Of a DNA stretch of 42,326 nucleotides, positions 15,858-24,270 are shown in pieces. This stretch comes from Clostridiales bacterium (GTDB lineage Bacteria > Bacillota > Clostridia > Lachnospirales > WQUN01), in contig JAISWA010000066.1 in the NCBI GenBank assembly GCA_031271275.1, positions 1 to 42,326 on the forward strand, read 5' to 3'. Made by a program: the position numbers and the translations under genes. The notes under the pieces are model-generated. The model was not told where the DNA came from. It worked only from the letters and a program-made list of their open reading frames with translations, and searched no databases. Position 1 is the stretch's first letter. Every line of letters starts with the position of its first letter.

Positions 15858-17291
15858 TTGGAAAACAAACCGGATTCGATTGCGAAAAACGCCAACGCGG
15901 TTATGATGGCGGAGGAACCCGTCGGGCGGCTTCTTTGGAAGTTCAGCCTGCCCGCCGCGCTGGGCGTCATTATCAGCCTGCTTTATAACCTTGCGGACGT
16001 GGCTTTTGTGGGGCAGGGCGTAGACGCGATTGCCGTAGGCGCTTTGACGCTTGCCGGCTCGTTTATGATGGCGGTCACGGCGGTGTCCAACCTGTTCGGA
16101 ATGGGCGCGGCAAACCTGATCTCGGTTAAGCTCGGGCAAGGCAAGCCGGACGAAGCGCAGTCCGCGCTGACGCACAGCTTTGTCCTGCTGCTTGCTTCCG
16201 CCGCAATCATCACCCTGCTTGGGGTTTTGTTTTTAGAGCCGCTGCTGATGCTGTTCGGCGCGGTTCCGGGAACGCGGTCCATGGCTTACGCCAAAGACTA
16301 TACGCTTATTATCCTTTTCGGCACGGTTCCGAACATGGTTTCCTTCGGGCTGAGCCACGGCACAAGGGCGCAGGGTTTTAAAACCGCCACCATGCTTATT
16401 ATGGTCGTCGGCGCGGCGATTAACCTGGTACTGGACCCGCTGTTTATCTTTGTGTTCCGTTGGGGCGTTTCCGGCGCGGCGTGGGCGACGATTATCGCGC
16501 AGTCTGTTTCCATGCTCATAGGGCTTTACTACACGTTCTTTAAGAAGAACGCCTTACATATTTCCCTGAAAGCGTTCAGGTTCTTATGGAAAACCGTCAA
16601 GCTCATCTTGACCTTCGGGCTTTCCCAGTTTGCCGTGCAATTCGCGAGCACCCTCATCAGCGCTGTTTACAACGTCAGCATGAACCAATACGGCCCCGCT
16701 TATTTCGGCATCGCCGCAGGCGGCGACATGGCGCTTTCCGCGTTCGGCGTGCTGATAAAAATCCAGCAGACGGCGCTCATGCCCATCATGGGCATAACCC
16801 AGGGGGCGCAGCCCATTCTCGGCTTTAATTACGGGGCTAAGAAATACGGCAGGGTTCGCAAAACCATTCAACTGGCGGCGCTATCAGCCACCGTTATCTG
16901 CCTTGTTGGTTTTACCGTGGCCGAGCTGTTCCCCGCGTTGGTCACCCATGTCATCTCAAGCAGTATATCCGGCGACATGTTGGACTTCTGCGTGTGGATT
17001 CTCCGCATATCCCTCATCACCCTGCCGATAGTCGGATTCCAAATCGTATCCGCCAATTATTTTACCGTTATCGGCAAGATGAAACAGAGCCTGTTTTTGA
17101 CGCTTTCGCGGCAGTGCCTGTTCCTGATTCCCCTTGTTTTGGTTTTGGGGAACAGGATGGGTCTTGAAGGCGTTATCATCGCCGGTCCCGTTTCCGACGG
17201 GCTGTCTTTCCTGATAACCGGGCTGCTTGTGACCAAAGAAGTCAGAAAGTTAAGGAAGCTTGAAAAAAATATTCTTACGGGAGCGGTATAA
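15858..17291 (+). CDS. MATE-family efflux transporter
   Basis: 12 predicted TM helices and a typical N-terminus PVGRLLWKFSLPAALGVIISLLYNLADVAFVG. I prefer the TTG at 15858, 7 nt after GGAGGA. Alternatives are the TTG at 15840 and the ATG at 15903. Confidence 0.85.
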   Translation: MENKPDSIAKNANAVMMAEEPVGRLLWKFSLPAALGVIISLLYNLADVAFVGQGVDAIAVGALTLAGSFMMAVTAVSNLFGMGAANLISVKLGQGKPDEAQSALTHSFVLLLASAAIITLLGVLFLEPLLMLFGAVPGTRSMAYAKDYTLIILFGTVPNMVSFGLSHGTRAQGFKTATMLIMVVGAAINLVLDPLFIFVFRWGVSGAAWATIIAQSVSMLIGLYYTFFKKNALHISLKAFRFLWKTVKLILTFGLSQFAVQFASTLISAVYNVSMNQYGPAYFGIAAGGDMALSAFGVLIKIQQTALMPIMGITQGAQPILGFNYGAKKYGRVRKTIQLAALSATVICLVGFTVAELFPALVTHVISSSISGDMLDFCVWILRISLITLPIVGFQIVSANYFTVIGKMKQSLFLTLSRQCLFLIPLVLVLGNRMGLEGVIIAGPVSDGLSFLITGLLVTKEVRKLRKLEKNILTGAV

Positions 17292-17292
17292 A

Positions 17293-17616
17293 ATGTTTTG
17301 TTTTCACAGGGAAATAGAAAAGAAGGATTTGGGCAAGGGCGTACTGTTTCAAAACCTCGGCGCGGGCAAAAACATGAACGTGTTCCATTGGAACATGGCG
17401 GACGGAAGCGTCGTGGAACTCCACGACCATCCCGAGGAACAGTTCGGCTACGTTATCAGGGGCGGCTTTGAAATACGGCTGAACGGTCAAAAAACGGTTA
17501 TCGGCGAGGGCGACGCCTACTTTATACCGCCGGACGCCCCCCACTCCTTTACGGCGGTGGGCGAAACGGAAGCCATTGATATTTTTACGCCGGTTAAAAG
17601 CGTTTTCCCCGCGTAA
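17293..17616 (+). CDS. cupin-domain protein
   Basis: VELHDHPEEQFGYVIRGGFEI...GDAYFIPPDAPHSF is a cupin_2 signature. The ATG lies 1 nt after the MATE stop. Confidence 0.75.
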   Translation: MFCFHREIEKKDLGKGVLFQNLGAGKNMNVFHWNMADGSVVELHDHPEEQFGYVIRGGFEIRLNGQKTVIGEGDAYFIPPDAPHSFTAVGETEAIDIFTPVKSVFPA

Positions 17617-17631
17617 AGAAGGGTTCTGTCC

Positions 17632-20600
17632 ATGAAAAATAAAAAAGCCGCCCTGCTTTTATGTCTTGCGCTGCTCCTTTCGTTTCCGCGGCCCGCATAC
17701 GCCGCGCAGGAACCTTCCCCTTGGGCGGCGGGGGAAGTAAGCGCCGCCATACAGGCGGGAATCGTTCCGGCGGACTTCCAAACCGGCTATGACAGGACGG
17801 TCACCCGGGGCGAAGCCGTAAAACTTATTTTGCAGTCCCTGCGGGTATTTTTCCAACTTTCCAATGAGGAGCTGTTGGGGAAATTCGACCGCGCCGCCCA
17901 AACGGGCCTGTATACGGATACCTCCGACTCGGACGCGTTGGTTTCCAACGCGCTCGGGTTGGTGGGAGGGACTTCCGCCACCACCTTTTCCCCCGACCTT
18001 GCCATAACCAGAGCGCAAGCCGCCGTAATCCTCGCGCGCGCCTCGGCGATTCGCGGCATAAAGCCCAACGCCATACCGGTGGGCTTCTCCGACGCAGGGG
18101 ACTTCCCCGACTACGCGCGGGACGGCATCGCCTTTATCTCGGCGGTGCGAAACGCCGGGGGCAACCCCGTTATGTCCGGCAGTTCGGGGCTGTTTGACCC
18201 GGGCGGCGTATTCACCCGGGAGCAGCTCATTTGCGCCGTTTACCGGCTGCACACCACGCCCGCCGAAGCGAAAGCGGAAATGGCGGTTCCCAACAGCATG
18301 GTATATGTGCGGGGCGGGACTTTTACCCTGGGCAAAAATATCAGCCATGAAATTGAAACGGATTCGGCGTCGCCCCTTATCGACCCGCCCCATGAAGTCA
18401 CGGTCAGCGATTATTACATCAGCAATCTGGAAGTCACGCAAAAGCAATTTGCGGAGCTGACGGGCTATAACCCCGTCGCGGTCACGCCCTTTGCCGGAGA
18501 TAACCTTCCGGTGTTTCAAGTCACCTGGTACGACGCGGTTACCTATTGCAACAAACTTTCCGGAAAAAACGGGTTAAAGCCTGTCTATACCATCACCGAA
18601 GCGGAGGCGGACGAAACCGGCAGTATATTTGCCGCCAATGTTTCCGCCGACTACGGCGCTTCCGGCTACCGGCTGCCCTCCGAGGCCGAGTGGGTGTACG
18701 CGGCTTCCGGCGGCGGCATTTCGGAAGGTTACGCCTACGCGGGGGGCAACGTGTTGGAGGATGTGGCGTGGTACGCGGCAAACGCGTATGAAACCGAAGC
18801 GAGGGGCCCCCGCCCCGTTGGAAGCAAAAGCCCTAACGAACTGGGCTTGTACGATATGACGGGCAATGTCTCGGAATGGTGCGGCGACTGGTACGGCGGG
18901 GATTATTTCAGCAACTCCCCCGCAAACGACCCGATGGGCCCGGACACCGGAACGCAAAAAATGCGTTACGGCGGCAGTTGGATCACTTCCGGGGAATTTT
19001 CCCTGCTTGGCGTAAGGGGGCGTCTTGAGCCGGGCGCGCGCTTAAATAACCTGGGGTTCCGCGTGGCGAGAGGGTATGACGGTTTGGTTCAAGCTCCGGA
19101 GGAAATGACGGAAACACCCCCCGCGCCTGAAACGGCGGCGGAAGCGCTGCCCACCCCCAAGCCGGAGATTGTTGTAATGCCGGGCAGGACGGAAACCCGC
19201 ACGGTTACGGAAGTAAAAGAACGAATCGTGACCCGCACCGTATACGTGGAAGCGCCGCGAATACCGGAAGTGACCGTCGAAGAAGTCTTTGTGGAAGGCA
19301 CCGGAAATATACCGGCGATACTGGGAATGCCGACGGAACTGTTTAAAGATGTTGTAACAGGAAAAATACCCAAGTATTTTCCTTCCGTCGCTGAAAATCT
19401 GGTAAAGACCATACCCGTTGCGGCGCCTTTGGTCGTAGACCTGTTCGGTTCGGACTGGGGAACGTCGGCTTCTGCGTTGGATATGGCGTTGGAAACGGAA
19501 TTTGACCGGGACAGCTTAATGAATGCAAGCATAACTACCCCTGAGGAAGAACCTGCGTTCATGTCCGGCTTAACCGCAACCGTTTCCCCGGCGAGCCTGT
19601 CGTTAAGGCGGCCCGAAGACCAGAGCACCACGGATTTTGAAGCGCTGCTATCTTCCTTTTACATAGGGAAATACCCGGTCACCCAAAGGGAGTTCTCCGC
19701 CGTAATGGGGTACAACCCGTCCCAGAACAACGGCCCCGACAGGGAAAACCACCCGGCGGAGAAAGTGACTTTTTACGAGGCGGTGGAGTTTTGCAACCGG
19801 CTTTCCGACATGTACGGCTACGATAAGGTGTATACGGTTAAGACGGTAGACATCGTTCACCGGGGGCCCAACGGGGGCTGCGAGTGCGACTTGGGGGACG
19901 GCTGCATCTATAACCCCGGTCAGCCGCAGTTGGTGGATGAAATCGCGGTGGCGGACTACACCCAAAACGGTTTCCGCCTTCCCACGGAAGCGGAGTGGGA
20001 ATACGCGGCGAGAGGCGGCCCCAACCGGGAAAATTTCCTGTACAGCGGTTCGGATAATTTAGACGAAGTGGCCTGGCACGGCGCGTATACGGAACCCTAC
20101 AAAGGCGAAAACATTTATCAGGGCAAATTATACGAAGCAAACAAAACCTACGGGGCAAACGCTTCAAGCACCATGCCGGTGGGGTTGCTTGCCCCCAATT
20201 CCCTCGGAATCTACGACATGACGGGGAACGTTAACGAATGGTGCGTAAATTTCCCCGGTTTGAACCCCGACACCGTCAATTACGCGCCTGTGTACGACTA
20301 CGCGGGCGGAGCGGTAAGCGCCTACCGGAACGATATACGCCACGGAATACGCGGCGGGGCGTTTATGGTGGTCGAAAACGCAAGCAGCCAGATGGACGTG
20401 TTTTATAAATACAACCGTTCCGGCGTGGTGATAAACAACGGCTCAGGGTTTCGCGTGGCACGTTCCGTACCCGGCGGGCAGGTGGAAGATATGACGTTGG
20501 TGCATAGCGGAGGGTTTACCATGGGTACCAGCGACAATTCCAAAGCCGTATTGCCGAGGGTGCTGACCGCGAGCGAGGACTCCGCCGCCCAAGACCGTAA

Positions 20601-21417
20601 GACTGACGGCGTAAAAGTATCTCTGCGCAATTTTTACATGGGGGAAACGCAGGTCACCCAACGGGAGTTCGAAAAATACATGGGGTTTAACCCTTCCCGC
20701 TTTAAAAACGCCAACGGCCCCGTGGAGAACGTCACCTGGTACGACGCGGCGGAATTTTGCAACCGGAAAAGCCAGGCTTACGGGTTCGCGCCGTTCTATT
20801 CGCTGACGAACCCAAGCAAGTCCGGCAACAGCATCACCTATGCGGACGTAGCGCTTAATTTCGATTCGGATATCTACTGCGGGTTCCGCCTGCCGTCGGA
20901 AGCGGAGTGGCTTTTTGCCGCGCGGGGCGGCGCGCTGTCCATAGGTCATTATGTGCACAACGTAACCTCAACCCGCTTGGAGTTTCCCTATGCCGGTTCC
21001 GCCAGCGCGAGCGAAGTCGCCTGGCACAGCGTTGCCGGAAGCAACATGCCCCCCGGCCCCCAAAGCGTGGGCATGAAAAAGGCGAATGAGTTGGGCCTGT
21101 TCGATATGAGCGGAAACGTTTCGGAATGGTGCGGAGACTGGCGGGACGCCGGTTACGCGTGGCTGCGGCAGGCGGTTGGCGGCGCCGAACCGGTTACGTC
21201 GCCCTTCGGCGCGGAAACGGGGAACGGAAAAGTGATTATGGGCGGAAGTTGGGCTGACGACGCGAGCGGCGTCTGCATCGCCCCGACCGCGTCCCAACTA
21301 AATCACCAACCCGGCGGGCTTCCTGAAAACGAACCGCTGTGCAAAGCTTCGGCGGCTCCGGGCAGCGCGGCGGACACGATAGGTTTCCGCGTTGTGTTCA
21401 CCGGGCCGAGAACCTAA
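17632..21417 (+). CDS. secreted cell-surface protein: signal peptide, three SLH-like repeats, three FGE-sulfatase (SUMF1-like, C-type-lectin fold) domains
   Basis: Signal peptide MKNKKAALLLCLALLLSFPRPAYA|AQ. SLH-like repeats around 17720-18280. FGE-like domains around 18298-19075, 19657-20470 and 20491-21405, each with VTQ[KR][EQ]F, [YF]RLP[ST]EAEW.[YF]AA[RS]GG, G[LI][YF]DM[ST]GNV[SN]EWC and GFRV motifs. Confidence 0.8.
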   Translation: MKNKKAALLLCLALLLSFPRPAYAAQEPSPWAAGEVSAAIQAGIVPADFQTGYDRTVTRGEAVKLILQSLRVFFQLSNEELLGKFDRAAQTGLYTDTSDSDALVSNALGLVGGTSATTFSPDLAITRAQAAVILARASAIRGIKPNAIPVGFSDAGDFPDYARDGIAFISAVRNAGGNPVMSGSSGLFDPGGVFTREQLICAVYRLHTTPAEAKAEMAVPNSMVYVRGGTFTLGKNISHEIETDSASPLIDPPHEVTVSDYYISNLEVTQKQFAELTGYNPVAVTPFAGDNLPVFQVTWYDAVTYCNKLSGKNGLKPVYTITEAEADETGSIFAANVSADYGASGYRLPSEAEWVYAASGGGISEGYAYAGGNVLEDVAWYAANAYETEARGPRPVGSKSPNELGLYDMTGNVSEWCGDWYGGDYFSNSPANDPMGPDTGTQKMRYGGSWITSGEFSLLGVRGRLEPGARLNNLGFRVARGYDGLVQAPEEMTETPPAPETAAEALPTPKPEIVVMPGRTETRTVTEVKERIVTRTVYVEAPRIPEVTVEEVFVEGTGNIPAILGMPTELFKDVVTGKIPKYFPSVAENLVKTIPVAAPLVVDLFGSDWGTSASALDMALETEFDRDSLMNASITTPEEEPAFMSGLTATVSPASLSLRRPEDQSTTDFEALLSSFYIGKYPVTQREFSAVMGYNPSQNNGPDRENHPAEKVTFYEAVEFCNRLSDMYGYDKVYTVKTVDIVHRGPNGGCECDLGDGCIYNPGQPQLVDEIAVADYTQNGFRLPTEAEWEYAARGGPNRENFLYSGSDNLDEVAWHGAYTEPYKGENIYQGKLYEANKTYGANASSTMPVGLLAPNSLGIYDMTGNVNEWCVNFPGLNPDTVNYAPVYDYAGGAVSAYRNDIRHGIRGGAFMVVENASSQMDVFYKYNRSGVVINNGSGFRVARSVPGGQVEDMTLVHSGGFTMGTSDNSKAVLPRVLTASEDSAAQDRKTDGVKVSLRNFYMGETQVTQREFEKYMGFNPSRFKNANGPVENVTWYDAAEFCNRKSQAYGFAPFYSLTNPSKSGNSITYADVALNFDSDIYCGFRLPSEAEWLFAARGGALSIGHYVHNVTSTRLEFPYAGSASASEVAWHSVAGSNMPPGPQSVGMKKANELGLFDMSGNVSEWCGDWRDAGYAWLRQAVGGAEPVTSPFGAETGNGKVIMGGSWADDASGVCIAPTASQLNHQPGGLPENEPLCKASAAPGSAADTIGFRVVFTGPRT

Positions 21418-21426
21418 CGGTTTCAT

Positions 21427-21448
21427 CCGCCGCCGGAACCGGCGGCGG
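21427..21448 (+). terminator. GC-rich perfect palindrome CCGCCGCCGG-AA-CCGGCGGCGG, candidate terminator
   Basis: Starts 10 nt after the stop at 21417 and is followed by AT-rich sequence (CAATATAAATTATATTT), but not by a clean T-tract. Confidence 0.45.
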
Positions 21449-21480
21449 CAATATAAATTATATTTGAGAGGAGATTCATC

Positions 21481-22248
21481 ATGGCAAAAAAAGTATTGGT
21501 TGCCGCGACAAATTACGGTTCCTGGGGGGAGGAGCTTCAGGCTCCGTGGGACGCGCTTAAAAAAGCGGGGTATGACTTAACGCTGACCACGCCGCTCGGG
21601 AAGAAGCCGCTTCCCCTTGTGGTAAGCGTAGACCCCGATTTTGTGGACCCGGTTCAAAATTACAAAACCAACCCGCCCGAGGTTTGCGCGCGCATAAAAG
21701 AACTGGCGGACGGCGACGAATGGGCGAACCCCGTCACTTTTAAAAACGCGAAAATGGCGGACTATGACGCGATTGTACTTACCGGCGGGCTCGGCGCCAT
21801 GATTGACATGTGCAACAACTATTTCCTGCACAGGCTGATTATGGACGCGTACCGTTCGGAGAAGCTTATCGGCGCGCTGTGCTACGCGATTACCACATTG
21901 GTAAACATCCGGGATGAGAAAAACAGCGACAGAAGCATCATTTACGGGAAGCAGGTTACGGCGCACCCCGCCGCGTGGGATTTTTACGGGGATTACGACT
22001 TTACTTACGATTTGTACCACCCCACCCCCGACAACAAAGGCACGGACGTACACACCCCCGGCTTCCTCTGGCGCGTGGAGTACCTGGTGAAGGACGCCGT
22101 CGGGCCTGACGGGAAAGTATTCTGCGACCCCAAAATCTCACGGGAAAAACCCTGCGCCGTGTTTGACTGGCCGTTTGTCACCGGCTGCTCGGTGGAATCG
22201 TCCATCGCCTACGGGGATAAAATCGTCGAAGTTTTGCAAAGCCGCTGA
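21481..22248 (+). CDS. DJ-1/PfpI-superfamily (class I glutamine amidotransferase-like) protein, long form
   Basis: YDAIVLTGGLGAMIDM...KLIGALCYAITTL places the nucleophile-elbow Cys in the usual position, followed by Tyr rather than the usual His. RBS GAGAGGAG. Confidence 0.7.
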   Translation: MAKKVLVAATNYGSWGEELQAPWDALKKAGYDLTLTTPLGKKPLPLVVSVDPDFVDPVQNYKTNPPEVCARIKELADGDEWANPVTFKNAKMADYDAIVLTGGLGAMIDMCNNYFLHRLIMDAYRSEKLIGALCYAITTLVNIRDEKNSDRSIIYGKQVTAHPAAWDFYGDYDFTYDLYHPTPDNKGTDVHTPGFLWRVEYLVKDAVGPDGKVFCDPKISREKPCAVFDWPFVTGCSVESSIAYGDKIVEVLQSR

Positions 22249-22286
22249 TTGGCATTATGCGCAAGCTGCCACTCCGGGCAGCCGTC

Positions 22287-22361
22287 GTCATTCTGAGCGA
22301 AGCGAAGAATCCTTCAATGCTTACCCCTTTGAAAGATTCTTCGCCCGCGGCTCGGAATGAC
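22287..22361. repeat. REP-like palindromic element, second copy (GTCATTCTGAGCGAAGCGAAGAATC ... GATTCTTCGCCCGCGGCTCGGAATGAC)
   Basis: Arms at 22287-22311 and 22335-22361 are imperfectly complementary. The element is intergenic, between the DJ-1-like gene and the tautomerase gene. Confidence 0.7.
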
Positions 22362-22404
22362 CGGTTTGACCGTGAGGCAGCCCTGTCTCTTTGGGAGGTT
22401 TCCT

Positions 22405-22620
22405 ATGCCGGCAATAACCGTACAAAGCCTTGAACTTAACGACGACCAGAAAACCGTCCTCGCGGAGTCCTTTACCAAAATATTTTCGGAAGTTTCAAAG
22501 GTCCCCGAGGACAGGATTTATATGTTTTTCGACGGGTACCCGCTGGATAGCTGCGCCAAGGGCGGGCAGCTGTTTTCCCAAAAACCGCCGCAGTTCGCGG
22601 TGGGGAATTTTTCGAAATAG
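22405..22620 (+). CDS. tautomerase-superfamily (4-oxalocrotonate tautomerase-like) protein
   Basis: 71 aa starting MPAITVQSLELNDDQKTVLAESFTKIFSEV..P.DRIYMFF, with the catalytic Pro1 position and beta-alpha-beta pattern. RBS GGGAGG. The ORF extension from 22357 runs into the repeat element. Confidence 0.7.
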   Translation: MPAITVQSLELNDDQKTVLAESFTKIFSEVSKVPEDRIYMFFDGYPLDSCAKGGQLFSQKPPQFAVGNFSK

Positions 22621-22638
22621 CCGTAAGGAGGTCGCTCT

Positions 22639-24267
22639 ATGGACGTAAACCAATGTATTGTCAAAATCATTGAAAGCCTCGGCGTGGGCCATGTGTTCGG
22701 CGGGTCGGGGCAGGTAAACGCTTCCATGCTGCTAGCGCTGGAAAAATCCGAATCCGTCAAAACCGTTATCGTCAAAAACGAACAAGCCGCATCCTTTATG
22801 GCATGCGGTTACGCCATGTTCTCCCACAAGCTCGGCGTTTGTTTCGCCACGGGCGGCCCCGGCGCGTTTAATTTGTTTTCGGGCATGGCGGTGGCGTATT
22901 CCGATTCCCTGCCGGTGCTTGCCATCACCGGTTACACCTCGGCGGCCCTACGGGGAAAAGGCGCGCTTAACGAATCCACCGGGCTTTCCCGCACGCCGGA
23001 TTCCCACGGCATGTTCGGCGCGACCACCAAAAAATCTTTTATCATCGAAGCGCCGGAACAAACCTGCGACATCATGGAGGAAGCGGTAAACCTCGCCTTC
23101 GACGGAAGGCCGGGGCCGGTGCATATTCACATCCCCAAAGACATTACCGTGGCGCAGGTGCCGGAGTTCCGCGCGGTAAAGCTGCAAGTAAAACCGGTAG
23201 CCCCCGACCCGGCAAAAGTGCGCGAAGCCGCCGCCGCGCTTTCGTCCGGTAAAAAACCCGCGTTGCTGATCGGCTACGGGGCGGTGCGCGCCGGGGCGGG
23301 GGAGGCGCTGACGCGGCTGATAGAAAAAACGGGGATTCCCTTCATGACGACCATGGACGCGAAAGGGTATCTGCCGGAAAACCACCCGCTTTCCCTCGGC
23401 GTGTTCGGAACCTCCGGCGACAAAAGCGCCAACGCATATTTCGACGGCTGCGATACCGTGCTCGCCATCGGCAATTCTTTTGCCGAAAACGCCACCTTCG
23501 CCTTCAACCCCGCGCTTTATGACGGGAAAACCCTTATCCACGTGAATATCGACCCTCACGAGTTGGGCAAGGTTTACGCCCCGCAAATCGGAATCACAGG
23601 CGACGGGAAACTTTTCGCCGAGGCGCTGCTTCCGCTGACGGAGGAACGGCCTTTCGTTCCGGTTGCCCGCCATAAATTTGCCGACGAAGCCATAAACCAT
23701 GAGGGGCAGCGCATTCATCCCGCCGCGTTGGTGCGGGAAATTTCCAAAAACCTGCCGCCCAAGGCGGTGGTGTTGGGCGACGCGGGCGCGCACATGCTGT
23801 GGCTCAACTGCTACCTCAGCCTTGAGCAGGGGCAGATTTACCAAAACCCGGGCAGCTTCGGGCCTATGGCGAGCCATGTAAACGCCTCGATGGGCGTTGC
23901 CTGCGCCAACCCTGACCGGCCCGTCGTCTGCGCCTGCGGGGACGGCGATTATTTGATGGCGGGGTTTGAGCTGCTGACGGCGGTGGAAAACAACATCCCC
24001 GTGGTGTGGGTTATTTTTAACAACGGCGAGTTTAACATCATTAAAAAATTCTTGATAAACATGTTCGGACGGCACGCCTATATGCGATTTAAGAACCCCG
24101 ATTACGTCAAATACGCCGAAGCTTGCGGCGCGGAGGGCTTCCGCGTGACCAAGACGGCGGATTTCGCCGGGGTGTTTAAAAAGGCGTTGGCAAAACGCGC
24201 GCCGGTATTGATTGACGCGGTGGTGGAGCAGGATGTATACCCGCCCTTCGCCATGTCGCGGGTGTAA
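22639..24267 (+). CDS. thiamine-diphosphate-dependent enzyme (acetolactate-synthase-like family; substrate unknown)
   Basis: N-terminal Pyr domain (VFGGSGQVNASML...NEQAASFMACGYA...GGPGAFNL). C-terminal ThDP motif CGDGDYLMAGFELLTAVENNIPVVWVIFNNGEFN. RBS AAGGAGG. Confidence 0.85.
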   Translation: MDVNQCIVKIIESLGVGHVFGGSGQVNASMLLALEKSESVKTVIVKNEQAASFMACGYAMFSHKLGVCFATGGPGAFNLFSGMAVAYSDSLPVLAITGYTSAALRGKGALNESTGLSRTPDSHGMFGATTKKSFIIEAPEQTCDIMEEAVNLAFDGRPGPVHIHIPKDITVAQVPEFRAVKLQVKPVAPDPAKVREAAAALSSGKKPALLIGYGAVRAGAGEALTRLIEKTGIPFMTTMDAKGYLPENHPLSLGVFGTSGDKSANAYFDGCDTVLAIGNSFAENATFAFNPALYDGKTLIHVNIDPHELGKVYAPQIGITGDGKLFAEALLPLTEERPFVPVARHKFADEAINHEGQRIHPAALVREISKNLPPKAVVLGDAGAHMLWLNCYLSLEQGQIYQNPGSFGPMASHVNASMGVACANPDRPVVCACGDGDYLMAGFELLTAVENNIPVVWVIFNNGEFNIIKKFLINMFGRHAYMRFKNPDYVKYAEACGAEGFRVTKTADFAGVFKKALAKRAPVLIDAVVEQDVYPPFAMSRV

Positions 24268-24270
24268 CGG

